29,366 nucleotides of DNA from a virus (IMGVR_UViG_3300027798_000161:1-29366), one strand, 5' to 3'; positions 17,661 to 26,588 are shown, counted from the stretch's first letter. The notes: generated by a model from the letters alone, not told the origin. Program-made: numbers and translations.

Positions 17661-20059
17661 ATCTCTTTTGCTTTATCGTTTAACTCATCCCAAATGTCAT
17701 CCTTTGGTTTCTCAACCTGCAAACCTGGTATATTCAATTCAAAGTATCTTCCATTGTGATTCCTTCCTTTACTCATCACATATCCTTTCACATTAGCATA
17801 TTCAGCTACCCATTTGAGGAACTTCCTTGATTCTAGATCCTTCCATCCATTAAATTCAGATGTGAATTGTTGCATCACTCCACTATTGTAATGGAATATG
17901 TTGAGTGCAAGATTCCCCTCCTCAGTCCAATCATAGAAATCTTTCGATGTTGATTGAATGAATCTCTTCGCATCGGCATTGATTGATATTGATTTAGTCA
18001 ATCCATTGGAAAGGAACAATTGAAGATTCTTTATCATGTAATTGTCAAAGCGAATCCAATCATCATCTCCCCATGAGTCAAAGAGCAATCTTCCATACTC
18101 ATCCAATGGTGATCGTCTTGAATGGAAGTATTGAAAGAATTCAAGTTCATGCCTTCTCCGGTCATGAGAGCTTCCTGCTCCACTTATCACATAGTTGGTT
18201 GTGATGACAATCTTTGGTGACCTTTCAAATGGGATAAATATCTCATCCTTATTTTTTCGGTTGACTGTGATTCCTTCCGAGATGATTGAGAATAATTGCT
18301 CAAAATCAAAGTTGCGTTTCACATCATCGAATGCTAGAATCTGAGAATCCAAGTTCACCCGTTGGTATACGAAATCACTCTTTCCAGGATTGAAGCTCTT
18401 TCCATCAATCTTTACGACTCTTCGGAAGTATCCGAGAGCTGCCAACATCAATGACTTCCCACTTCCCCCATTTGGATTGTCATCAATCTCTTGGTCATTG
18501 AAGATGATTGCCTTTTGATCCGTTTTATCTTTGAATGAATGGATGAGATATCCCAAGGTTGTTTCAAGTGACATGATTCTCACATCGTCATTGGCAGATA
18601 CCTTTTTAACGAAATCCTCAAAGTCATTTGTTGAATCCTTGATTGGAGTGAAATCACGTTGAATGATTTGATTCTCCCAAATGTATCCATCCACATCGAT
18701 ATAACTCATGACCTTCACATCATTCTTGGATACTTTCACCACTCCATTCTTAAATGGGATGAATGATGAGTCCTTGGTGTCCTGGAGCATGAAGATATCA
18801 ATCGAGTCAATCATGTTCAGGTGATTCTCATTGAAGAGATAAGGTGAACGTGAGCAGTAATTCCAAACATTGACCTCATTCTTATCGAGAAGGTAGTTCA
18901 AAACATAATCTTTGATTTGTTCAGTGGAACTCAATCGGACTTTGTTCTCCTTCACCCTCACAAATGTAGGTCGTTCAGCATTCTCCGGATAGTATTTGTT
19001 GAATCCACTCTTCACCAAGAACTCACTGTATTTTATTGGCTCGATTTGGACTCCTTTCTTTGAATCAACCATCCAGAATACATCATCACCTGATGCAATC
19101 TCTTCCTTTATATCATCGATAATGTCATCAGCGACTCCCAACTGTTTCTTGATATCATCCTTAGTGATTCCCGACTTGAGTTTTTGTTTGACCTTGTGAA
19201 AGGTATCCTTATCCTCAAAGTATTTTGTTGAGAATGTCGCTTTTTTATATGCTGAATTGATGGATGTTACCATTTCACCATGGTTGAAGCTCGTTCCTTG
19301 GCAGTATTTAGTCCATATGTATTGTTCAGTTGTTGACTTATCAATGCCATATTCACACATGACACAAGCCAACTTGAAAACAAAGTGATTTCTACTCCCC
19401 TCCTCGAATTTACATCCATGGTCAAATCGCTCAATCAATGAAATGATTTTATCCTCATCATTCAATATGCAAATCGGAGTACGTTCAGTGTAATTGTATC
19501 CCTCATCTGTTTCAATTCCTTCCCATACTTGACAAAACTCATTGAAGTATATCTTCGGATCGTATGATTCAAAGCAAACACGAGATACATTTGAATTCTT
19601 CACGTCAAAATAATCCGATTGGAAGTATTTACCGAATGCAGTGAATCTCCTTTTGTGTTCGAGCTTGTCTGATTTTGGAATGCTGATGACTGCCTTCAAT
19701 CCATTTCCACCTGGAGAGGTGAATACCATCATGACGTGCTTATCATCAATCAATCGAGCTCTCTCTACCTCCATTACCTCCTTTGATGGATATTGGTCAA
19801 AGTCCAAAACACATAATCCGGAATGCTCAACCAATGAATTGTCATTTCTCTCTGAGAATATTCCATTGAACATGATTGCATTCAACGATGACTTCAATCG
19901 GTCATGCTCCGGATCACTCTTTTCGAGTTTTCTAATTTTTGTTATTTTGGAAATCAATTCAGGATTCCCAACTTTGATTCGTTGGTATATGTCATGAATT
20001 GTGAGCTCATACGGTGTATCTTTTGAGCTAAAAAGATTCTTAAATACTGATACTTTCAT
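17657..20059 (-). CDS. Primase-helicase (BT4734/VirE-N-like primase, PriCT-like region, P-loop helicase)
   Basis: HSGLCVLDFD, FTSPGGNGLK, SRVCFESYD, EGSRNH, Walker A GGSGKS, Walker B LAFDD, TTN. Confidence 0.85.
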   Translation of the reverse strand: MKVSVFKNLFSSKDTPYELTIHDIYQRIKVGNPELISKITKIRKLEKSDPEHDRLKSSLNAIMFNGIFSERNDNSLVEHSGLCVLDFDQYPSKEVMEVERARLIDDKHVMMVFTSPGGNGLKAVISIPKSDKLEHKRRFTAFGKYFQSDYFDVKNSNVSRVCFESYDPKIYFNEFCQVWEGIETDEGYNYTERTPICILNDEDKIISLIERFDHGCKFEEGSRNHFVFKLACVMCEYGIDKSTTEQYIWTKYCQGTSFNHGEMVTSINSAYKKATFSTKYFEDKDTFHKVKQKLKSGITKDDIKKQLGVADDIIDDIKEEIASGDDVFWMVDSKKGVQIEPIKYSEFLVKSGFNKYYPENAERPTFVRVKENKVRLSSTEQIKDYVLNYLLDKNEVNVWNYCSRSPYLFNENHLNMIDSIDIFMLQDTKDSSFIPFKNGVVKVSKNDVKVMSYIDVDGYIWENQIIQRDFTPIKDSTNDFEDFVKKVSANDDVRIMSLETTLGYLIHSFKDKTDQKAIIFNDQEIDDNPNGGSGKSLMLAALGYFRRVVKIDGKSFNPGKSDFVYQRVNLDSQILAFDDVKRNFDFEQLFSIISEGITVNRKNKDEIFIPFERSPKIVITTNYVISGAGSSHDRRRHELEFFQYFHSRRSPLDEYGRLLFDSWGDDDWIRFDNYMIKNLQLFLSNGLTKSISINADAKRFIQSTSKDFYDWTEEGNLALNIFHYNSGVMQQFTSEFNGWKDLESRKFLKWVAEYANVKGYVMSKGRNHNGRYFELNIPGLQVEKPKDDIWDELNDKAKEI

Positions 20060-20080
20060 TTTTTGCGTGTGTTAATGTGA

Positions 20081-20088
20081 CAAATATA
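20081..20088 (-). promoter_or_regulatory. Host-type -7 element TATATTTG for the primase-helicase
   Basis: Exact TAnnTTTG match 21 nt upstream of ATG 20059. Confidence 0.55.
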
Positions 20089-20098
20089 GGTAAAAAAT

Positions 20099-20266
20099 GT
20101 CAATCCGTGACGATGTTGAAAAGTTATCGTCACGCCTATAAACTATATTGGGATTGACTTTGAGCAAAAGCGTGACGATGTGACGATAAAAAAACTCGAT
20201 GCCCATTCCTAAAAATTGACTTATTGTATATAGTAGGTATATAAGAGCATCGTCATATCGTCACGC
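20099..20266. repeat. Iteron-like inverted repeats, putative replication origin
   Basis: Six TGACGAT heptamers: CGTGACGAT-N11-ATCGTCACG (20106-20134) and a 17/18 inverted pair at 20170-20187 and 20249-20266 around an AT-rich spacer. Confidence 0.7.
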
Positions 20267-20665
20267 ATCACTACTCAAGAGCTCCTCATATTCATTCCTC
20301 AACACTCTCCTTTTGATTGATTTGAGCTGATTGTACGATCTACATTTGAGGATATCATCTCTCAAAAATCGTAATTTCTTTACATTAGCACTTCCCTGAA
20401 GCTCATCGATATCATCTTGAATTACGGTAATGTAATATAAATCACCACTCTCAACGGACCAATTGTGTTGCTTGATATTATGCATCACTGTTGCATGACC
20501 TCGATTGAATAGTTCACCAATGGAATGGAATGGGAGATTCAATGCTCTCAATTCAGCCATTAGGTATCTCCTTCTCATTGTCAATACCTGGTGTCGACTC
20601 GTTACATCCAATGCATCTCGTTGGATGATGTGTTTAATTGCTTTTATTTTATCGTTCTTTGTCAT
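20261..20665 (-). CDS. Protein with DnaA domain IV-like HTH
   Basis: IGELFNRGHATVMH resembles the DnaA C-terminal signature; ATG 20665 (MTKNDK) preferred. Confidence 0.6.
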   Translation of the reverse strand: MTKNDKIKAIKHIIQRDALDVTSRHQVLTMRRRYLMAELRALNLPFHSIGELFNRGHATVMHNIKQHNWSVESGDLYYITVIQDDIDELQGSANVKKLRFLRDDILKCRSYNQLKSIKRRVLRNEYEELLSSDA

Positions 20666-20903
20666 CTTCTGCGTTTTGTAGCCATTGTCTGAAGGCCATT
20701 TGTATATCCATTTGCTGATTCCATATCTCTGCTCCGGCATCATCGAGCAATCTCTTATCACTTCGCCGAATCTCATCGAGTAGCATATTCGCCTTTTGTT
20801 TTATTGACTTTGTGAATATCTTCTCATCATTCATGTCCTCGATGAAGTCACCAATCACCGGAAGTATTCCAACGATTGCAAGTATTTTGGTTGATGGTTT
20901 CAT
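20649..20903 (-). CDS. Hypothetical protein
   Basis: 84 aa, coupled to neighbouring genes. Confidence 0.65.
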   Translation of the reverse strand: MKPSTKILAIVGILPVIGDFIEDMNDEKIFTKSIKQKANMLLDEIRRSDKRLLDDAGAEIWNQQMDIQMAFRQWLQNAEDDKER

Positions 20904-21043
20904 ACCGGCTCCACTTTAAATTTTCCAACTGTACAAAGGCCTCGATTCAATAGATCCGATTTCTTCCAATAGCACAATGACTTGGATGGGAATGTCCAGG
21001 ATTGAATGACTGTCTTTCCAGAATAGTAACTTAGCTTATACAT
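20900..21043 (-). CDS. Hypothetical protein, 47 aa
   Basis: Hand-translated MYKLSYYSGKTVIQSWTFPSKSLCYWKKSDLLNRGLCTVGKFKVEPV; ATGA overlap. Confidence 0.6.
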   Translation of the reverse strand: MYKLSYYSGKTVIQSWTFPSKSLCYWKKSDLLNRGLCTVGKFKVEPV

Positions 21044-21144
21044 AGCGACACTAATTTAATGATGATTAATACTGCTGCGATACCAAGGCTCAATGCAATT
21101 CCAAGCATCGATGCTTCATGGTTTTCTTTTCTTTTGTAGCTCAT
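21031..21144 (-). CDS. 37-aa membrane peptide
   Basis: Hand-translated MSYKRKENHEASMLGIALSLGIAAVLIIIKLVSLCIS. Confidence 0.55.
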   Translation of the reverse strand: MSYKRKENHEASMLGIALSLGIAAVLIIIKLVSLCIS

Positions 21145-21320
21145 AATTTTTCGATTTCTTGTTTAACTTCATTCCAATAATATACCATAGATTCAACGCA
21201 AGTATGAAGGCACTCATCAACTGCAATTAATGCACATTTTTTAATTGGAGTATAGGTAATAGTATTTACTGTTTTATTGTACTTATCAAATAATTCTTTT
21301 GCTTTTTCTTTTGGTGTCAT
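21141..21320 (-). CDS. 59-aa protein (MTPKEKAKEL type); homolog of cassette 14884-15096
   Basis: Hand-translated; ATGA overlaps at both ends. Confidence 0.7.
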   Translation of the reverse strand: MTPKEKAKELFDKYNKTVNTITYTPIKKCALIAVDECLHTCVESMVYYWNEVKQEIEKL

Positions 21321-21445
21321 AACGTCTGATTAAATTTTATTTCACATATTCTCTTGTACAGTTCCTCGTTGAATGTACCTCTGATGTGTTCGTGTGATGA
21401 CTTGGTTGTCCAAAACCTTTTCATCCTTTGCAGTTTAAATACCAT
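21317..21445 (-). CDS. Hypothetical protein, 42 aa
   Basis: Hand-translated MVFKLQRMKRFWTTKSSHEHIRGTFNEELYKRICEIKFNQTL. Confidence 0.55.
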   Translation of the reverse strand: MVFKLQRMKRFWTTKSSHEHIRGTFNEELYKRICEIKFNQTL

Positions 21446-21785
21446 ATTCTTCCCAATCAATTTCATCGTTATCATTTCCCCAAGTATATTCACTTAGGAA
21501 ATCTCTTTCATCCATTAGATGTTCAATCATTCTAAGCATCCATTCCTTATATCCAGGATCAAACTCCATGACCTTATCATCGGGGAATTCATCGGTCCAC
21601 CACACTCCACTCTTCACATTGATATCGATATCATATCGAGCGGTTTCAAAATCATAGTTGCTTTTCCACCAATCAATGTCAATTTGGAAATATATTGCTC
21701 CAATTTTATAATGAGCTTCCATTGAGCAGTTATCCACATCCATGAAGTCCAAATCAATTCTCTCTACTTCTTTTTTCCAATTCAT
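21435..21785 (-). CDS. Acidic hypothetical early protein
   Basis: 116 aa, rich in D, E and W. Confidence 0.65.
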   Translation of the reverse strand: MNWKKEVERIDLDFMDVDNCSMEAHYKIGAIYFQIDIDWWKSNYDFETARYDIDINVKSGVWWTDEFPDDKVMEFDPGYKEWMLRMIEHLMDERDFLSEYTWGNDNDEIDWEEYGI

Positions 21786-21985
21786 TTCGCTGAGTTTTTA
21801 GTGATGAGTTCACCGTATTTCTCCAATACCGGTGACTGAACGTGTTTTTCTTTGATTTGCGGGACTTTATTGGTTTGGCAATAGTCAGGTTGTGTAGCGG
21901 TAAAGTAAAGCATCACAGTCCAAAATAATGACAAAGCCACAACAGTGCCAAGGATGTCCTTTTTATTTTCGTTTAGTGTTTTCAT
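21782..21985 (-). CDS. Small membrane protein
   Basis: One hydrophobic segment, ILGTVVALSLFWTVMLYF. Confidence 0.6.
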   Translation of the reverse strand: MKTLNENKKDILGTVVALSLFWTVMLYFTATQPDYCQTNKVPQIKEKHVQSPVLEKYGELITKNSAK

Positions 21986-22149
21986 ATTCCTCTTAATTTA
22001 CATACTAGTTTATGAACAGCTGACCATCTTGCAATTTGCATATCCGTAATAGGATCATGCATTCCAAGTTTATCAATACATTCCATCATTTCGTTCCATA
22101 ATTGCTTTTCCTCTGCAATTATAATTTGAATCATTTCTTGTTTTTTCAT
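21982..22149 (-). CDS. First early gene, 55 aa hypothetical
   Basis: Hand-translated MKKQEMIQIIIAEEKQLWNEMMECIDKLGMHDPITDMQIARWSAVHKLVCKLRGI; ATGA-coupled. Confidence 0.65.
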   Translation of the reverse strand: MKKQEMIQIIIAEEKQLWNEMMECIDKLGMHDPITDMQIARWSAVHKLVCKLRGI

Positions 22150-22174
22150 AGCGGTGTTTTTTAAATTTATACTG

Positions 22175-22205
22175 CGAATATCGGTATAAGTTTCATTTCT
22201 GCAAA
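22175..22205 (-). promoter_or_regulatory. Host-type early promoter TTTG-N19-GATATTCG
   Basis: -33 TTTG with 19-nt spacer; -7 has two mismatches; upstream A-tracts. Confidence 0.45.
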
Positions 22206-22271
22206 ACTTTTTTAACTTTTTTTTCAGTTTTGAACAAAATTAATTGTGAATGCTATATCCGATGGGGTGCT

Positions 22272-22376
22272 AATGCGTATATTTTGCGTATAAATTCGTA
22301 TCAATGCGTATATACAATTGCCAATAAATTAAAATAATGGCCAATGTTTGTCACAAAATAAGGTTAAATTGTGACA
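22272..22376. repeat. Helically phased CGTAT repeats plus TGTCACAA-N12-TTGTGACA inverted repeat
   Basis: CGTAT at 22276, 22287, 22297 and 22307; inverted repeat at 22349-22376. Confidence 0.65.
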
Positions 22377-22407
22377 GTTTTTGTAATAGAACAAAGGTTA
22401 TACCCAT

Positions 22408-22437
22408 AAAAAAAGGGATACCATTTCTGACATCCCC
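22408..22437 (-). terminator. Intrinsic terminator of the head/lysis operon
   Basis: GGGATGTCA-GAAA-TGGTATCCC stem followed by T7. Confidence 0.8.
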
Positions 22438-22456
22438 CTTTACACACGCTAATGAG
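22408..22456 (-). ncRNA. Candidate small antisense RNA (or regulatory 3' UTR)
   Basis: CTCATTAGCGTGTGTAAA precedes the terminator and is complementary to the leaders of ERF, primase and early genes; -7-like TAAATTAG at 22460-22467. Confidence 0.35.
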
Positions 22457-22464
22457 TTGCTAAT

Positions 22465-23340
22465 TTACAAAGGAAATTTGATTGAGTCGATACTTTTGTG
22501 CATTTTTCTTATGCCTTCTCTCTTGATTTCTTTGGCGTTTATCTTCAGTATCCTTCCTCCGGTTGGTTTGATGGGAGCTCCTCTCTCAACGTGCCATCCT
22601 TTTGAGCCATCACCATACTCCTCTTTGTAAGTTCCGGTAAGCATGAGGTGGATGTTCTTGTGGTGATTCACATATCCATGCTTTGGTGAATGAGTTACTG
22701 TATCTCTCACATCATTACGACAAGCATTCTCATGGATGTGGCCCATTGTGAACACATCAAAATCCTCATACATCTCCAATGACCTGGTCAAGTTGATTGC
22801 TCCCTTGGTAACGATTCCTCCACCACCTGAGCCATGAAAGTATTTAACTTTGGTTGTGGTCCATGTACTCGCATTGTATTTCTGATGAATGATAAGCCAT
22901 CCACCATAACCTCCGGTCATTACACTGCTTCCATTCTTGTAATTAAGTAGGTCAACGAATCGCTGAAGGATATCCGTTTCTTGATACTTTATGATGGCAG
23001 TTTCATGATTTCCGTATCCGATGACAGTAAGGATGTGAGCATATGGTGAGAACCACTCAACCGCAGTTTCAACGATTGAGTCAAGGTACTTTGAATTATT
23101 GTGCTCAGGTCGGATGTCGGACTTGTTTCCTCTACGATCACCTTTCCCTTGCATCAAGCAAAAGAAATCACCATTGACCATGACCTTAATATCATTCTCA
23201 AGGCAGTAATCAAAATCTCTTTTCAATAAATCCCAATCGCATTTTGGATTGTCCCAGTGAAGGTCGGACATCATTGCAAGTTGAACGGTTGCTCCATCAA
23301 TGTGAAGCTCATGAATGTTTTTAGAGTGCTTTTTGAGCAT
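22465..23340 (-). CDS. Calcineurin-like metallophosphoesterase
   Basis: SDLH, GD, GNHE, HG and GHIH motifs; ATG 23340 preferred over 23376. Confidence 0.85.
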   Translation of the reverse strand: MLKKHSKNIHELHIDGATVQLAMMSDLHWDNPKCDWDLLKRDFDYCLENDIKVMVNGDFFCLMQGKGDRRGNKSDIRPEHNNSKYLDSIVETAVEWFSPYAHILTVIGYGNHETAIIKYQETDILQRFVDLLNYKNGSSVMTGGYGGWLIIHQKYNASTWTTTKVKYFHGSGGGGIVTKGAINLTRSLEMYEDFDVFTMGHIHENACRNDVRDTVTHSPKHGYVNHHKNIHLMLTGTYKEEYGDGSKGWHVERGAPIKPTGGRILKINAKEIKREGIRKMHKSIDSIKFPL

Positions 23341-23764
23341 ATTTAAAAAGGTATTTGGTGAATAATCCGAGTCCAAATCCTATAACAAACAACCAAATAT
23401 TTGCTTTCGATTTCTTCTCGCTTTTATATTTGGCAACTTCCACCTTTTGAATTTGGCGGATAGTATCTCTTTTCAATTTAAACTCGATTTTTTTCTCCCA
23501 ACGGGTGCGTGGAATGTACTGAGTTTTCCACATTACAACCGTATCCTTCTGAGTGATGAATTTCTCCCACACAATTTCGTTGTTCACGATCACGGGAAAT
23601 GAATCAACCGATGTGATTTGGATGGTATCGGATACCTCCTCACATTTGTATCCTTTTTTGATTGCCTTGTTTAGATGGTGCTCTGCTGAACACGATACCA
23701 ATAATACACTAACGAGTATTAAGGCCTGAAGGTTTTTTGATAATCTGATAATCGATTGAGCCAT
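23321..23764 (-). CDS. Lipoprotein with u-spanin-like topology
   Basis: Lipobox LVSC after a hydrophobic stretch; C-terminal TM IWLFVIGFGLGLF; follows the endolysin. Confidence 0.6.
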   Translation of the reverse strand: MAQSIIRLSKNLQALILVSVLLVSCSAEHHLNKAIKKGYKCEEVSDTIQITSVDSFPVIVNNEIVWEKFITQKDTVVMWKTQYIPRTRWEKKIEFKLKRDTIRQIQKVEVAKYKSEKKSKANIWLFVIGFGLGLFTKYLFKYAQKAL

Positions 23765-24282
23765 CCGTTCAAAAATTTAGCGTTTTTTCCTGTTGAAATT
23801 GCATAAAAGAATCGTTTTCTTTCGTTGATTAATTCATCAAATAATTGTGTGGGATTGATAGCATTTGCACAGTTAATCGTTTTATTTCCGATTATCCCAT
23901 CTATACTGCACAACAATCCACAGTGATTGATTGCAACCTGTAAACTTTTACCTGCTTGTTTGGCTCCGCTTCCCCATGCCATTCCTGTAACAAATATTGC
24001 AATGTTTTGTGACGTAAATGAATCACCTTTAACACCATCCCAATATCCTTTTTTAAATATTTTAAACCAATCCGCTGAATTCATAGCAAAGAATCTTGCA
24101 TTGTTTTCGGGACCATAAAAAGAAACCCACGTTTTGTATGTGATTCCTGCGTTTGTATGCCATCCCGTTTTGCCATTGAATGGTGTTGGACATGGATAGG
24201 ATGAAGCCGAATCATTTTTATCACGACTCAATCCACCTTCCCATTTCTTCACGAACTTAACGTACTTTTCAATCAATGTCAT
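23719..24282 (-). CDS. Endolysin, glycoside hydrolase family 108
   Basis: WEGG catalytic motif, TNAGIT, DGIIGNKT, C-terminal FLNGWLNR. Confidence 0.85.
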   Translation of the reverse strand: MTLIEKYVKFVKKWEGGLSRDKNDSASSYPCPTPFNGKTGWHTNAGITYKTWVSFYGPENNARFFAMNSADWFKIFKKGYWDGVKGDSFTSQNIAIFVTGMAWGSGAKQAGKSLQVAINHCGLLCSIDGIIGNKTINCANAINPTQLFDELINERKRFFYAISTGKNAKFLNGWLNRLSDYQKTFRP

Positions 24283-24704
24283 TTGAATTCGTCTAAGTTA
24301 GTTTTTGTCCTTGTGATAAATTTGCGAAGAGCTGCGAGTACATTCTTGCCTGTAACACTCTCATATGATTCGTTGATTGACTTTATCTCAACCATCACGC
24401 AAAAGAATGCGAATACTTTGGTCATTATAAGCTCAACGGAGATGAACTGAGCAATGATATCCCCTGCGATGTACTTCTCAATCAGAAAGGTGAACATAAT
24501 TGCACCACCATAAAGCAATGACTTGGAAATTGTGTCGGATAATCTGCGAGATTGGAACGCATTCCAACCGCCTTTTTTTACTGATCGCCAAATACCGAAG
24601 CAAGTATCAATGAAGATGGCCAACATTGCCAAGTATATCATCGGCATAACCGGTGAAAGTACCGCCCAAAACGAAGCTAACAATATCAACACATTCTGCC
24701 TCAT
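24279..24704 (-). CDS. Holin
   Basis: Multiple TM segments; IDTCFGI and EIKSINES motifs; upstream of the endolysin. Confidence 0.75.
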   Translation of the reverse strand: MRQNVLILLASFWAVLSPVMPMIYLAMLAIFIDTCFGIWRSVKKGGWNAFQSRRLSDTISKSLLYGGAIMFTFLIEKYIAGDIIAQFISVELIMTKVFAFFCVMVEIKSINESYESVTGKNVLAALRKFITRTKTNLDEFK

Positions 24705-25267
24705 AATACCAATATTTGATTGTTATAACCGTTATCAGTTGGATATCCACAAGTCCATGTTCCATTCATGAAGCAATTTCCCACACACATATGACAATCA
24801 ATCTGAGGTCTTAAATCCGTATCGCGATTCTCATGGGATGTGAAGAGTGGAAATTCCGCTTTGTTCTTTACCAGGTAGCGAATCAATCTCATTTCAAAGA
24901 ATGATGCCTTTTGTGCATAATGCTCCATCCCGAATGCGACATCTGAACGAGATACACTGGATGAGTTATCACCGAATTGAGTTTGAAGTCCTTTGTTCTT
25001 AAGTTGATAAGTCAATCCAAAGATTGCATCCTCTGCTGAACGCCACGCGACAACCGGTTGAATGAATAGAACAAGAGCTTCCTCTTCCGGTGTCAATGTT
25101 TGGTCGTTGTATGCCTCCAAAAGATAATCATAAAAGACAGTCCCGAGTATTGGCATCACTCTCAATTGTGCTTGAGTCGCAATATATGGAGTCACATCAG
25201 TCACATCCACATTGGCAGTGATTGGTGTGTTCGTTTTGAGGTAGGTTTCAGTGATAAAATACAACAT
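24701..25267 (-). CDS. Putative head-tail adaptor
   Basis: AQLRVMPILGTVFY pattern; directly after the portal gene. Confidence 0.55.
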   Translation of the reverse strand: MLYFITETYLKTNTPITANVDVTDVTPYIATQAQLRVMPILGTVFYDYLLEAYNDQTLTPEEEALVLFIQPVVAWRSAEDAIFGLTYQLKNKGLQTQFGDNSSSVSRSDVAFGMEHYAQKASFFEMRLIRYLVKNKAEFPLFTSHENRDTDLRPQIDCHMCVGNCFMNGTWTCGYPTDNGYNNQILVL

Positions 25268-26586
25268 TATGCTTGAGGTGTTTGTGGTTGATTACTTGCA
25301 ATAACATCTCCACCTTGAATTGGAGGTAACGATGCGAGAGCTCTCACTTCATTCGGTGTCATGGTATCCAATACCTTAGTCGCAACCAATGGACTCATGG
25401 CATTCAATGCGTCTTGAGTTTTGGATGCATCACCTTCCACCTCAACGATTGTTTCATTGATGATTTGGAAGTTGTTGATTTTGAAATCTGCGTTGATTTT
25501 TGCAATTCGAAGTATCTCATTGAATATATCAGATACCTGTTCTCTTAATGGCATCACAACATTCTTTTCAAATATCACATATGCTTGTTTGATATCACTT
25601 CCTGAGCCAAGTGAGCCGGTTGTTCGAACTCCCATCAGTATCGGATCTATTGTATGAGCAAAACAAATTTGCTCAGTATTCAATCCGGATGCTTCCTGGA
25701 ATAGTTTATCGTTTTGATTGGTTGGAATGCTTTCAATTTTAGGCATCTGCTCCGCACCATTTGAAAAGAATGCGACTGCCTTTCCTGCATTCGCTGCACC
25801 TTTCATCTTGTCCATCGTATTTCTTAGGACATTTTTCTCCTCTTCCGACTGCGGTCGTTTAGGGAACATCATTGCGAATGATGGGAAAACACTGTTCTGA
25901 ATATTTGATTTTGCGAAGTACGAAAGTTCGCCAGAGAGATATGCAAAATTAAGTGCCGATGTGTATTTTGGAAGCGGATACCACTCTTGACCTAAACACT
26001 CAACCTCGTATACAAATAATTGGCATTTATCAGTGCAGGTTGGATGGTATCTTTGAATGTCACGCACGTCAATTCTTGCGGACCAATCATCGCAAAGGAA
26101 ATAATCATTATGATCACGTCCTCTTCTCACTTTATCCGGAGATTGATTCTCCATTCGAGTGAGCTTCATTTTATCATCAAAGTACAATTTAAAGTAAACA
26201 CGATTGTGTACAATCAATTGTTCGGTTGTAATCCGAACTGTCTTTTTCAATCGAGATTTCTTCTCAAATGTGTACAATTCAAGGAGCTCTTGAGGTGTCG
26301 TTGTAGTTGTTTTCAATTCAATCCCTCCACCAATTACTGCATTGGTTTTATAATCCACAATGGAGCCATGCAAAGGCGATGAGTATACCAATTGGTTAAG
26401 GACGGAAGGAAATAAATTTGAATCCCCGAATGGAATGTATCCACTCGTTTGATGCCTCCCATTAACGTATGGAAGAGATAAATTCCCTGAGCCAATTTTA
26501 AGAAATGGTGTTGAAAAGGATTGATATCCTTCTACCACTTCGGGTGATTCCTGCTTTGTTGTTCTGAATCGGTCAAATAATCCCAT
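25267..26586 (-). CDS. Portal protein
   Basis: 439 aa; FGDSNLFP, SPLHGSI, ICFAHTIDPILMG and TPNEVRAL motifs. Confidence 0.85.
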   Translation of the reverse strand: MGLFDRFRTTKQESPEVVEGYQSFSTPFLKIGSGNLSLPYVNGRHQTSGYIPFGDSNLFPSVLNQLVYSSPLHGSIVDYKTNAVIGGGIELKTTTTTPQELLELYTFEKKSRLKKTVRITTEQLIVHNRVYFKLYFDDKMKLTRMENQSPDKVRRGRDHNDYFLCDDWSARIDVRDIQRYHPTCTDKCQLFVYEVECLGQEWYPLPKYTSALNFAYLSGELSYFAKSNIQNSVFPSFAMMFPKRPQSEEEKNVLRNTMDKMKGAANAGKAVAFFSNGAEQMPKIESIPTNQNDKLFQEASGLNTEQICFAHTIDPILMGVRTTGSLGSGSDIKQAYVIFEKNVVMPLREQVSDIFNEILRIAKINADFKINNFQIINETIVEVEGDASKTQDALNAMSPLVATKVLDTMTPNEVRALASLPPIQGGDVIASNQPQTPQA

Positions 26587-26588
26587 GT

